NCBI GenBank assembly: GCA_036274695.1 | Contig: DASUFF010000141.1 | Coordinates: 3,123 to 67,122 of the forward strand | DNA length: 64,000 nt | Source: a bacterium | GTDB lineage: Bacteria > UBA10199 > JACPAL01 > GCA-016699445 | Direction of reading: 5' to 3' | Shown: positions 28,955 to 37,910 of the stretch, one piece after another | Layout: every line of letters starts with the position of its first letter | Position numbering within the stretch: the first letter of the stretch is position 1 | Translations under genes and position numbers: made by a program | Notes under the pieces: model-generated | Told to the model about the DNA's origin: nothing | Seen by the model: the letters and a program-made list of their open reading frames with translations, nothing else | The model's database searches: none

Positions 28955-31456
28955 CTATCCATTTCCGTGGCCCCGCGCCCGCCCCAGGTATTTCGTCAGC
29001 TCGAACCACAGCACGCTCGAAAAACCGGCGGCGCCGCAGAGCAGGAAATCCCGGACGGCGAGGGGGCCGAAGCGGAAGAGGTCCCTCAAGGGGGGAACGG
29101 CGAGGACGGCCGCCAGCAAGGCGGTCGCCCCGGCGAAGACGGCCCAAAGGGCCTTGTTCGGGGTCCGCAGCGTCGCCCAGATCGTGCTCTTCCAGGACCG
29201 GTTGGTGAGGATGAGCGCGAGGTTCGCGGCGACCAGGGTCGCGAAGGTGAGGGCGCGGAGGCGTCCTTCCGGCAAGCCGAAATGGCGGCCCAACGCGTAG
29301 GCGCCGAAGACGACGGCCAGGGCCCCGGCCCCTTGGAGAAGGCTGAAGAGCAGCACCTTGCGGCCGAGCAACGGCGCGTCCCTCGGGCGCGGCGGGCGGG
29401 TCATGACGTCTTTCTCCTCGGCCTCCGCTTCGAAGACGATCGAGCAGGCGGGGTCGATGATCAGCTCCAGGAAAACGATGTGCGCGGGGAAGAACGCGAG
29501 AGGCCAGCCGAGCAGGACGGGCAGCAGGGCGAGGCCGGCGATGGGCACGTGGACGGCCAGGATGAAGGAAATGGCCTTTTGAAGGTTGTCGAAAATGCGG
29601 CGGCCCATACGGACGGCGGCGACGATGGAGGAAAAGTCGTCGTCCACGAGCACGATCGAGGCCGATTCGCGCGCCACGTCGGTTCCGCGGCCGCCCATGG
29701 CCACGCCGATGTGGGCGGCCTTGAGGGCGGGGGCATCGTTGACGCCGTCGCCGGTCATGGCCACCGTCTCGCCGTCGGCCTTGAGCGCCCCGATCAGCTT
29801 GAGTTTGTACTCCGGCGACATGCGCGCATAGACGTTCACGGCGCGCGCCTTCTCGCGCACGACCTCGTCGGGCAAGGCCTGAAGCTCGGCTCCGGTCAAA
29901 ATGCCCGCCTCCGTCGGCAAGCCGATCGTATCGGCCACGTGCCGGGCCGTTCCCGGATGGTCGCCCGTGATCATCACCACCCGGATCCCGGCGGCGTAGC
30001 ATTCCCGGATGGCCCCGGGGACCGACGGGCGCACGGGGTCGACGAAGCCCAGCAATCCCACCAGCCGAAAGACGAAATCGTGCTGGATCTCCGGCAGCTT
30101 CGGGTTTTGAAAGTGCGCCTTGGCGACGGCCAGCACGCGGAATCCGTCGTCCGCCATCGCCTTCACCGCGCGGGCCATGGTCGCGTGCTCGTCCTCGGGG
30201 AGATGGCATAGGTCGAAAATTGCCTCGGGCGCGCCTTTGGAGGCGATGACGAAATCCGTCCCCCCGGGGGATTGCCAGACGTGGGAGAGTGCCAGAAGCT
30301 CGGGCGTGAGCGGATATTCGCGGACCAAGGTCCAGTCGCGATGTACGTGTTCGGTCCCCGCGAGGAACCGGTCGGCGATCGCGGCGATGGCCTTTTCCAT
30401 CGGGTCGAAGGGGTTTTTCTGGCTGGCCAGCAGGGCGAACTCGCCCAGTTCGTGGAAGGCCTCCGGGAGGATTTCGGTTCCCGCGTCCACATCTTGAACG
30501 GCGCCGTTCGCGTAGAGGCGCTCGACGGACATCCGATTCTGGGTGAGGGTTCCGGTCTTGTCCACGCAGAGCACGGTGGTCGCCCCCAGGGTCTCGATGG
30601 CGGCGATCCGCCGCGTGAGCACCCGGCGCGCGGACATCCGCCAGGCGCCGAGGGCCAAAAAGACGGTCAGGACGACCGGGATTTCCTCCGGGATCATCGA
30701 CATGGCCAGGGTGATTCCGATGAGCACGCCCTCGAGGGCGTCGGCCCGCGAGAGGCCGTAGAGGACGGCGACGCTGACGCACACGACGAACGCGGCGACG
30801 GCCAGGATCTTCACGAGCCTGCCGGTTTCCCGCTGCAGGCGTGTCTTTTCGGGCTTCATCCCCGCGAGCATCTTGCCGATGCGCCCCATCTCGCTCCGAA
30901 GCCCGGTGGCGGTCACCAGGGCGGTCGCGTGGCCCTGGACCACGAGCGTTCCCGAGTACACCGTTTCGTCCTTCCGCTTGCGCACGGGGACGGATTCGCC
31001 GGTTAAGAGAGATTCGTCCGCGGCCAGATGGGAGGCGGTCAGGAGGGCGCCGTCGGCGGGGACGCGGTCGCCCTCGGAGAGCATCACCAGGTCGCCGGCC
31101 ACGACCTCGCGCCCGGGGATCCGGCGCGCGGCGCCTTCGCGCACGACCAAGGCCCGGGGGCTGGAGAGGTCGCGGAGGGCCTCCAAAGCCCGCTCCGTCT
31201 TGCGCTCCTGATAAAAGGTAATGGCGAGGACGAAGAAGACGGAGACCCCGAGCATCAGGGCTTCCTTCAAGTCGCCGAGGGAAAAATAGATCCCGGAGGC
31301 CGCCAAAAGCAGGAGGATCATCGGCTCCGAGGCCACTTCGCGCGCGATCGCGGCGACGCCGCGGGGCCTGGCGGAGGGAAGCTCGTTCGCCCCGTCGCGG
31401 AGCAAGCGCTCCGCCGCTTCCTTTTCCGTGAGGCCGGGGGGGAGGGGGTGTTTCAT
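28955..31456 (-). CDS. Cation-transporting P-type ATPase (P2/P3-like, Ca2+/Mg2+ type)
   Basis: 833 aa from internal M (MKHPLPPGLTEKEAAERL..); DKTGTLT phosphorylation site, TGDGVNDAPAL, PEEIP. Its start overlaps the hipA stop (ATGA at 31453-31456). The 195-aa upstream extension in the ORF track is shadow. Confidence 0.85.
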   Translation of the reverse strand: MKHPLPPGLTEKEAAERLLRDGANELPSARPRGVAAIAREVASEPMILLLLAASGIYFSLGDLKEALMLGVSVFFVLAITFYQERKTERALEALRDLSSPRALVVREGAARRIPGREVVAGDLVMLSEGDRVPADGALLTASHLAADESLLTGESVPVRKRKDETVYSGTLVVQGHATALVTATGLRSEMGRIGKMLAGMKPEKTRLQRETGRLVKILAVAAFVVCVSVAVLYGLSRADALEGVLIGITLAMSMIPEEIPVVLTVFLALGAWRMSARRVLTRRIAAIETLGATTVLCVDKTGTLTQNRMSVERLYANGAVQDVDAGTEILPEAFHELGEFALLASQKNPFDPMEKAIAAIADRFLAGTEHVHRDWTLVREYPLTPELLALSHVWQSPGGTDFVIASKGAPEAIFDLCHLPEDEHATMARAVKAMADDGFRVLAVAKAHFQNPKLPEIQHDFVFRLVGLLGFVDPVRPSVPGAIRECYAAGIRVVMITGDHPGTARHVADTIGLPTEAGILTGAELQALPDEVVREKARAVNVYARMSPEYKLKLIGALKADGETVAMTGDGVNDAPALKAAHIGVAMGGRGTDVARESASIVLVDDDFSSIVAAVRMGRRIFDNLQKAISFILAVHVPIAGLALLPVLLGWPLAFFPAHIVFLELIIDPACSIVFEAEAEEKDVMTRPPRPRDAPLLGRKVLLFSLLQGAGALAVVFGAYALGRHFGLPEGRLRALTFATLVAANLALILTNRSWKSTIWATLRTPNKALWAVFAGATALLAAVLAVPPLRDLFRFGPLAVRDFLLCGAAGFSSVLWFELTKYLGRARGHGNG

Positions 31457-32685
31457 AGGTGCGGATAATTCCGGAGTTCGCGCGTCCTTGCGAGGATCTT
31501 CAGAATGGCGTCTTTCTGGTCGAAGAATTCGGGAAAACGGGTGAACAATGCTTCGGCCTTTTCCGGGAGCCCGGCGGCCATTTCCTTGAGCGTCTGAAGG
31601 ACGAAAGCCGCCTTGACGCCCGCTTCCTCCGCGAACCGTTCCCAATGACGTTGGAAAATCCTGTCCGCGGAATATTCGCCGCCGATCTTCATCGCCATGC
31701 GCGAGGAAAGGCCGGGATAAACCACCGTCGACATCAGGTCGTAGAAGGGCGCCAAGAGGACGCCGTCTTTCGAGATCAACAAAGAGATGTTCTTTCCGTG
31801 GGCGTCCGCGTTGCCGATCAAGAAATTGAACGCAGCCCATTGGATCAGGGACTTCTTGTCGGCGGCCGGTTGACGGCTCTTGGATTCCAGGAGGCGGAAA
31901 CAGTCCCGGAAAGAAGGGCCTCCTTCGTTCTCGTACTTGCGATCCGGCATGCGGCCCAGCGCCTGGCAAAAGTCTTCTTGATGGAGGCGCCGGACCGTTC
32001 CCGCCGCCGTCGCTCGGTCGTACCGCTTCACCAGGCAATACGGATTTTTTCCCGTCGACCGGAACAGTACCGGCGCGGCGGACAATCCCATGTGGACGGC
32101 GAGCGTCATGCAGAAGGCCTCGTTTTCGGTGGAATCGGGAACGTGGGAAATGCTGGGTTTGAGGATGTAAGAACTCGCGAACGCCCCTTCGGGAAGGAAG
32201 AGATTCGTGTCGTCATAGTGAACCGGCAATTTATTTTGGGCGCCGGCCAGGGAAAGCCTCGCTCCCTCTTGGGTGGCGAGCAGGGGACGACTCGGCAGGT
32301 TTTGAAGGCGTGCGTCGAGATCCTCGCGGGACAGGGGACGATAAGATCCCTCCCGCGAAGGCCTCGTTCCTTCGGGAAGCAAGGATAACGCCCCGGCGCA
32401 ATCGCCCCCGATCGCTTCCAACAGTTTGAAGTCGTTGCCCGGCGAGATGCCGAATTTGGCCGCGAGCAGCCGCCGGACTTCGCCCTCCGGCAGCAGGTTG
32501 GCGAAAAACGCGCGCGCGGCGTCGCGGTCGTAAATTTCCTCTCGCAGCGGCAGGGACAGCGAGAGGGGATATTTGTCCGGACCCGCAAGCCATTCCGGCG
32601 CGTACTGGAAAAGGTATCTGCCGTTACCGTCCAGCCAGAGTCGGCCGACGGCCTTCGCGTCCACGTAGACGATGAGCGTATTCAT
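31453..32685 (-). CDS. hipA: HipA-family serine/threonine kinase toxin
   Basis: GAQNKLP and LIGNADAHGKNISLL motifs plus an N-terminal coupling domain. Confidence 0.85.
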   Translation of the reverse strand: MNTLIVYVDAKAVGRLWLDGNGRYLFQYAPEWLAGPDKYPLSLSLPLREEIYDRDAARAFFANLLPEGEVRRLLAAKFGISPGNDFKLLEAIGGDCAGALSLLPEGTRPSREGSYRPLSREDLDARLQNLPSRPLLATQEGARLSLAGAQNKLPVHYDDTNLFLPEGAFASSYILKPSISHVPDSTENEAFCMTLAVHMGLSAAPVLFRSTGKNPYCLVKRYDRATAAGTVRRLHQEDFCQALGRMPDRKYENEGGPSFRDCFRLLESKSRQPAADKKSLIQWAAFNFLIGNADAHGKNISLLISKDGVLLAPFYDLMSTVVYPGLSSRMAMKIGGEYSADRIFQRHWERFAEEAGVKAAFVLQTLKEMAAGLPEKAEALFTRFPEFFDQKDAILKILARTRELRNYPHL

Positions 32686-32906
32686 TCGTCGTGTCCCCTT
32701 TCCCGACCCTCAAGAGTCAGCCCCAATCCTTGCAGGACTTTCAGAACTTTCGAGAACCGAACCGTTTCCTTCCCGTTTTCCAGGTCCGAGAGAAAACGCG
32801 TTCCGACTCCGCAAAGAGCGGCCGCTTCCGATTGGGCGAGTCCATCCTTTTTCCTTTTCTTTCGGATGAGGTCAGAAATATCATTTAATTTCAATATTTT
32901 AGACAT
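32682..32906 (-). CDS. hipB: HipB-like XRE-family HTH antitoxin
   Basis: 74 aa HTH (LAQSEAAALCGVGTRFLSDLENGK); overlaps the hipA start (ATGA). Confidence 0.75.
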   Translation of the reverse strand: MSKILKLNDISDLIRKKRKKDGLAQSEAAALCGVGTRFLSDLENGKETVRFSKVLKVLQGLGLTLEGRERGHDE

Positions 32907-32909
32907 AAT

Positions 32910-33026
32910 TATTCCCGATCGGGAATATATCGCGGACTTAAGGCAAAGACAAGAGATTTATTCCCGATCGGGAATGGAATAGGAAGTTTCGGTGAAGGCT
33001 AAGGCTAATATTCCCGATCGGGAATA
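32910..33026. promoter_or_regulatory. Three copies of an 18-bp perfect palindrome TATTCCCGATCGGGAATA (putative HipB operators) spaced 49-50 bp apart in an AT-rich promoter region
   Basis: Copies at 32910-32927, 32959-32976 (17/18 match) and 33009-33026, directly upstream of hipB. The half-sites resemble E. coli hipB operators (TATCC-N8-GGATA). Confidence 0.7.
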
Positions 33027-33043
33027 TAAGGTCTGTCTGTCCC

Positions 33044-33508
33044 TCACGGCCCTCGCCGGCCTTTCTCGATCCTCTCAAGGCGTTGGATGATGTCCTTGAG
33101 CGAACGTTCGATCCTCTCGGTCTCCTTCTCCTCCGAGCGGACCTCTCTCTCGATCGGCAAAAGTTCCCTCTCCACTTCCTCCTTCATGAGGAAGGTCAGG
33201 AGCACGCCGGTGAAGGTGATGAAGAAGACGGTGCCCGTGTACATGAGCGCGATGGCGATCAGGCGTCCGGCGAAGGTGATCGGCAGGAGGTCTCCGTAGC
33301 CGATCGTGGTGATGGTCGAGACGCCCCACCAGAGGCAATTGAAATAAGAGCTCATGGCGGGGTTGACGTTCCGCTCCAGGAAGTAGACGGCGGTGACGGC
33401 GATGAGGAGGACCACATTCCCGACGACGGTCAGATAAATGAAAGTGGGATGGAAGAAGGCCTTCAGGAGTTGCCGAGATTCTTTTTTAAAGAGTTTGAAG
33501 AGGCTCAT
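33044..33508 (-). CDS. Small two-TM potassium channel (KcsA-like) with C-terminal coiled coil
   Basis: 154 aa from internal M (MSLFKLFKK..); selectivity filter TTIGYGD; ATGA overlap with the radical SAM gene stop at 33505-33508. Confidence 0.8.
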   Translation of the reverse strand: MSLFKLFKKESRQLLKAFFHPTFIYLTVVGNVVLLIAVTAVYFLERNVNPAMSSYFNCLWWGVSTITTIGYGDLLPITFAGRLIAIALMYTGTVFFITFTGVLLTFLMKEEVERELLPIEREVRSEEKETERIERSLKDIIQRLERIEKGRRGP

Positions 33509-34617
33509 AGTCCCTGTGAGGAAGCGAACTCCTTCAGGAACACCGGTTTCCGGCGGTTGCCCCAATGGCCCGGCCGGTCCTCGAACACGCCGGGAAGGGC
33601 GGTGCCGCAGGCGGCGCAGGTGCCGTCCTCCTTCAGGCGCCAATCGACGATCGCGTAACCCCGCCGCCCGATCACGCGCCTCTTGCACCCGGCGCAGTAG
33701 GTGTCCTCGCCCGCGACGTGAGCGATGTTGCCCACGTAAGCATGATGTATCCCGTTCTTCAGAGCGATCTCCCGGGCCTTGATCAGCGTCTGCGGCGGCG
33801 TCGGAGGCGTGTCCATCATCTTCCAATCGGGATGAAAGGCCGTGAAGTGCACGGGCACGTCGGGGCCTAAGTTTTCCAGGATCCAACCCGTCATTTGATC
33901 GGTCTCCTTCTCCGAGTCGTTCAAGCCGGGGATCATGAGGTTGGTGATCTCGAACCAGCACTTCGTTTCTTTTTTAAGATAAACCAGCGTATCGAGCACC
34001 GGCTGGAGATGGCCGACGGTGACGTCGCCGTAGAATTTTTCGGTGAAGCCTTTGAGATCCACGTTGGCCGCGTCCATGTATCGGTAGAGCTCGGCGCGGG
34101 CCTGCGGTTCGATATAACCGGCGGTGACCGCCACGGTCTTGAGCCCCGCCTCGCGGCAGGCCTGAGCGACGTCGACGGCGTATTCGAGAAAGACGGTCGG
34201 GTCGTTGTAGGTGAAGGCCACGCTCCGGCAGCCCAAGTCCTTCGCCGCCTTGGCGATGGCCTCGGGGGAGGCCTGGTCGGCCAAGGTGTCGATCTCGCGC
34301 GATTTGGAGATGTCCCAGTTCTGGCAGAATTTGCAGGCCAAGTTACAGCCCGCCGTCCCGAAGGAGAGGATGGGCGTGCCCGGCAGGAAGTGGAAGAGGG
34401 GCTTTTTCTCGATGGGGTCGACGCAGAAACCGCTGGAGCGCCCGTAGGTGGTCAGGACGATGCCGTCGTTCTCCCGCATGCGGACGAAGCACATCCCGCG
34501 CTGGCCCTCGTTCAAGCGGCAGAAACGGGGGCAGACGTCGCACTGGACGCGCCCGTCGTCTAATTTGTGCCAATAACGGCCGGGCACCACGGGCCCCGCC
34601 GGAAACCGGGACGCCAT
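33505..34617 (-). CDS. AmmeMemoRadiSam-system radical SAM enzyme
   Basis: RYWHKLDDGRVQCDVCPRFC N-terminus, CNLACKFCQN radical SAM Cys triad, C-terminal Cys cluster. Confidence 0.85.
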   Translation of the reverse strand: MASRFPAGPVVPGRYWHKLDDGRVQCDVCPRFCRLNEGQRGMCFVRMRENDGIVLTTYGRSSGFCVDPIEKKPLFHFLPGTPILSFGTAGCNLACKFCQNWDISKSREIDTLADQASPEAIAKAAKDLGCRSVAFTYNDPTVFLEYAVDVAQACREAGLKTVAVTAGYIEPQARAELYRYMDAANVDLKGFTEKFYGDVTVGHLQPVLDTLVYLKKETKCWFEITNLMIPGLNDSEKETDQMTGWILENLGPDVPVHFTAFHPDWKMMDTPPTPPQTLIKAREIALKNGIHHAYVGNIAHVAGEDTYCAGCKRRVIGRRGYAIVDWRLKEDGTCAACGTALPGVFEDRPGHWGNRRKPVFLKEFASSQGL

Positions 34618-34737
34618 ACACCTTCCTCCTTATATTGTTATTATAAGCACGATTTCGCGGCGGCGCCATGACCCCGGTCATCCCGGAGGGGAGGCTCAAT
34701 ATCATGCCGACGCCTGCGGCGGTAGACAGGCATAAAT

Positions 34738-35109
34738 TCAATGATCCTCATATTTCAGGATGTGGAGGGACAATTCCGGAAAGGCCTTTCTCATCGCGGA
34801 GAGGAGGGCTTCCTTGTCACGGGCTTTTTCATGGACGAAACCGACGGACTTCTGGAGCGCGGAGGCCTTGACCGTGGAGGCGTCGACACCGGCCTGCAGG
34901 GAGAGCCAGGAGACGAGTTCGTCCGCCCGCGCCTGCGGAAGGGGGCCCAGCAGTTTCAGCACCACGAGCTCGAGCTTGTCCGGCGAGGCGGCGACTTTCT
35001 GAGCCGCGTCCCAGGAATAGACCGCCGCGCGGTTGTCCTCGTGGCAGAGACCGCAGGGCCAGGCGCTACTGACTGGCATCAATAGCGCCCATAGCGCCAT
35101 GATGCGCAT
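34738..35109 (-). CDS. Secreted hypothetical protein with a CXXCH/CXXC motif at the predicted mature N-terminus
   Basis: Signal peptide MRIMALWALLMPVSSA | WPCGLCHEDN..; overlaps the 3' end of the nirK reading frame by ~44 nt. Confidence 0.4.
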   Translation of the reverse strand: MRIMALWALLMPVSSAWPCGLCHEDNRAAVYSWDAAQKVAASPDKLELVVLKLLGPLPQARADELVSWLSLQAGVDASTVKASALQKSVGFVHEKARDKEALLSAMRKAFPELSLHILKYEDH

Positions 35110-36100
35110 CAGCGAATTCGTGATCGACGAAGACATATTTCCCCTTTTCCGGAATGACGAACTCGACGATCGCGCCGCTGGACGCGCCTAGGAGGACGGT
35201 CTGCATGCCGCGAAGCTCATTGGCCGGATTACCGTCCAGCCAAACCTTGTCAAAGATGGTTCCGATGACGTGGAAGCTCGATGTGCCGTTCGGCCCGGCG
35301 TTCAGGACATACAGCCGGACCCGTTCTCCGGCCTTCGCCTTGAGCGGTTACGCCTCGAGGTGTCGCTGAAATTTGCCGTTGAAGGTCACGTAGGTCGGCT
35401 GCTTCTTCTCCACCGCCGCCATGTCGGTGTCGTAGGTGCCGTCGGCCTCGGGCTGCTCCTTCGGATAGAATTCGGATTGGACCAAGGCGTATTCCCGGTC
35501 GGCCTTCGTCGGATAGCCATCCTTCGGCTCGACGATGGTCATCCCGTACATGCCCTTGGCCAGGTGTTGCAGGACCATCGTGGTGGCGCAGTGGTACATG
35601 TAGACGCCCGGATAGTTGGCGATCCATTCGAAAGTGAGCGATTGGCCGGGGTCGATCGTCCGGTACTTGTCCTGGGGCGAGACCATCGCGGCGTGGAAAT
35701 CGATCGAGTGGGGCATCGGCAGGGTGATCGCCGCCTGCTCGGAGCTCCGGTTATTGAGCGTAAAGACGACCTTGTCCCCCTGCCGGACGTGGATCGTCGG
35801 CCCCGGCGCGTCGCCGCCGAAGGTCCAAAGGCCCATCTTCACATTGTCGAAGACCTCGACGACCTTATGCGTGACGTCCAAGCGGACGTGGTGGACGGTT
35901 TCTTGCGGCACCGGTTTCACCTCCGGGAGCAGGGTGACCGCGCCGCCGTCGAAGAACTTGTCGTCCTTGGGAAGCTCCATTCCGAGCTTGGACTCCGGCG
36001 ACCCGTACTGGCTCCCGTAAGAACCTCCGGAGGGGCGTCCCGAGCAGGACACCAAGACCAGCATCAGTATCAGGGCCAACGGTCTCAAGGCCAATTTCAT
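35066..36100 (-). pseudogene. nirK: Copper-containing nitrite reductase NirK (lipoprotein type) interrupted by an in-frame TAA at 35348-35350
   Basis: Domain 1 (ORF 35348..36100) has type-1/type-2 Cu ligand motifs HSIDFHAA and MYHCATTMVLQHLAKGMYG. The same frame continues after TAA with domain 2 (KAKAGERVRLYVLNAGPNGTSSFHVIGTIFDKVW...FVDHEF..) to TAG at 35066. The stop aligns with a Lys of homologues. Confidence 0.75.
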
Positions 36101-36181
36101 AAAAGCTCCTTTTGCAATTTCCGATTAGGTCGAAACGTTCGTAAAAACCATGATCCTAGGCGCATCCGGATATGATCTCCG

Positions 36182-37402
36182 TCAGTCGCCCGTTTTGAAG
36201 ATCCGGGGAAGGGCGAATCCGCCCCAGGCGGCGAGCCCCAAGGTCCAGGACCATGCGGCGAACAGCAGGTGATTCCAGTAGGCCGTCTCCGGCAGGAGGC
36301 GGGCGATGCTGCGCGTGGCGGCGGCGAGGAGAATCAGGCCGACCGCAGCTTTAAGAAGCCGCGAGGTCTTTTCGAGGACGAGGTCGTGGCTGCCGTGGGC
36401 AAGCGTGACGCGCGTCGCCACGGCGAAGGTCATCAAACCGAAGCCGCCTACGTAGGCCAGATGGCGCGCGTGAACGTCATAGGAAGGCGCCGCGACGGGC
36501 AGCCAGAGACCGAGCAGCAGGAGCCAGCAGGACGTCCAAAGGCTCCAGGCCAGCGTCGAACGGACGGCTGGCCCCCTATGGATCTTCCAGTCATGAAAAC
36601 TCACCAGCGTGAACACGGCGGCGCGGAGACCCCGTCCCAACGCCGGAGAGACGCGGATCTCCAAGGCGAAACTGGCCAGGAGAACGGCCGAAACGACCCA
36701 CAAAGGAAGAGGGATCAGCCGCAAAAAAGGCAAAGGTTTCTCCTTCGGCGGGCGGACGCTGACGGTGACCGGCGGCGTGCAGGTCGGGCGGCCCAGGAGA
36801 TTCGGGATCAGGAAAATCCCGACGCCGAGGATCAGAAGGAGCTGAAAGCCTTCATAGAGATAAAGGCGTCCCAGGGTGTCGAATAAGTCGGCGCGGCCGG
36901 TGGCGTCATGGAAGGCCTGGAACGCGGCGGCCACGACTTCGGCCGCGAGCGCCGCGAGGGCCAAGATCAGCGGAGGCGGCGGATAGGCGCTGCGGTTTCG
37001 GATGCGGCGCCAGCAAAAGGCGAGAAGGAAGAGGCTAAAGGCTCCGAGGCAGGCGTGAAAGGGCAGTCGGTTCGGGAAAAAGACCGTAAGTAAAAGGCCG
37101 GCCGCAAGCGCTCCTCCGACGACAAAATCGCTGCGCTCGGGCCCGAAACTTCCCGTGAATCGGGGGACGGCGGTCATGAGGAAGCCCGCGGCGAACAAAG
37201 GGAGGAATCCTCCGGTCATGAGATCGGCGTGCCACTCCTTGGGGTAGGTGCCCATGGCGTTTTGAAGAAAGAGGATCCAAAGCCCGACGCCCGCCAGGCC
37301 CATCAGCCAGCCGATCGGGAAGAAGACCCGATAGGCATCGATGGGAACGGGCCGCCTCAGAAAAACACCTGCTTCGGGACTCTTAAGTTGCGGCGAGATC
37401 AT
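36182..37402 (-). CDS. nnrS: NnrS-family haem-copper membrane protein (NO-stress associated)
   Basis: ~406 aa polytopic membrane protein from internal M (MISPQLKSPEAGVFLRRPVPIDAYRVFFPIGWLMGL..); NnrS-like helices with conserved His. Confidence 0.7.
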   Translation of the reverse strand: MISPQLKSPEAGVFLRRPVPIDAYRVFFPIGWLMGLAGVGLWILFLQNAMGTYPKEWHADLMTGGFLPLFAAGFLMTAVPRFTGSFGPERSDFVVGGALAAGLLLTVFFPNRLPFHACLGAFSLFLLAFCWRRIRNRSAYPPPPLILALAALAAEVVAAAFQAFHDATGRADLFDTLGRLYLYEGFQLLLILGVGIFLIPNLLGRPTCTPPVTVSVRPPKEKPLPFLRLIPLPLWVVSAVLLASFALEIRVSPALGRGLRAAVFTLVSFHDWKIHRGPAVRSTLAWSLWTSCWLLLLGLWLPVAAPSYDVHARHLAYVGGFGLMTFAVATRVTLAHGSHDLVLEKTSRLLKAAVGLILLAAATRSIARLLPETAYWNHLLFAAWSWTLGLAAWGGFALPRIFKTGD

Positions 37403-37434
37403 GGCAGGTTTCCTGCGTGATGCCGGTGCTCTCC

Positions 37435-37743
37435 TCAAGGCCTTCCCTGTCCAGGTTGCAAAGGAAGCGACTCTACCGGGTTCGAAGGAGGTATCTTCGG
37501 CTCCGTCCAAAGCTCCGATCGGAGCGCGTGCTTGCAGATGCCGATGACGTGGCTCCCGCATTGCTCGCTTTGCTGCATGTCCCGCTTGAGGACGGCCTTG
37601 AGAGCCCGCTTGAAGGACGACCGGAGTTTCTTTTCGGAAACCCCTCTTTTTTTGCAACGGAAGGCGACGCGGCAGGAGGCCTCGATTAAGTCCTCGAGAA
37701 AGCTTTCGGTTGTCATCTCGAAACGCACATGGATGCCGGCCAT
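37435..37743 (-). CDS. Hypothetical small Cys-containing protein upstream of nnrS
   Basis: MAGIHVRFEMTTESFLEDLIEASCRVAFRC...; no recognised domain. Confidence 0.3.
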   Translation of the reverse strand: MAGIHVRFEMTTESFLEDLIEASCRVAFRCKKRGVSEKKLRSSFKRALKAVLKRDMQQSEQCGSHVIGICKHALRSELWTEPKIPPSNPVESLPLQPGQGRP

Positions 37744-37910
37744 GAAACCCTCCTTCGGGAAGTTTCCCAAAAAGGACGGCCGGAGGACATGATCTTCACG
37801 AGGTCCCGGCCTGATTTTCGTCAGCCGGAGCAGAATCATGCCGGTGCCTGACGGAGGTCATACGGCCTTTTCGGCCTTCCGTTTTAGACTGCCTTTCAAA
37901 AGGAGGCGTT

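Noticed and set aside
28905-30782. 625-aa minus-strand ORF, 430-aa plus-strand ORF (28919..30211), and others overlapping the P-type ATPase
   Set aside because: Alternative-frame or antisense shadows of the ATPase gene; compositionally biased (poly-Arg/Gly) with no motifs.
32910-33026. Possible mini-CRISPR array (three short repeats with ~31-bp spacers)
   Set aside because: The repeats are only 18 bp, perfectly palindromic, number just three, have no cas genes nearby, and sit exactly in the hipB promoter; they are interpreted as operators.
35348-35350. In-frame stop in nirK as a selenocysteine or pyrrolysine recoding site
   Set aside because: The codon is TAA, not TGA (Sec) or TAG (Pyl); no SECIS-like hairpin was sought or evident.
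37744-37910. HrcA/CIRCE or sigma-32 heat-shock promoter upstream of hsp20
   Set aside because: No TTAGCACTC-N9-GAGTGCTAA inverted repeat and no clear CTTGAAA/CCCCAT-t motif could be recognised by eye.
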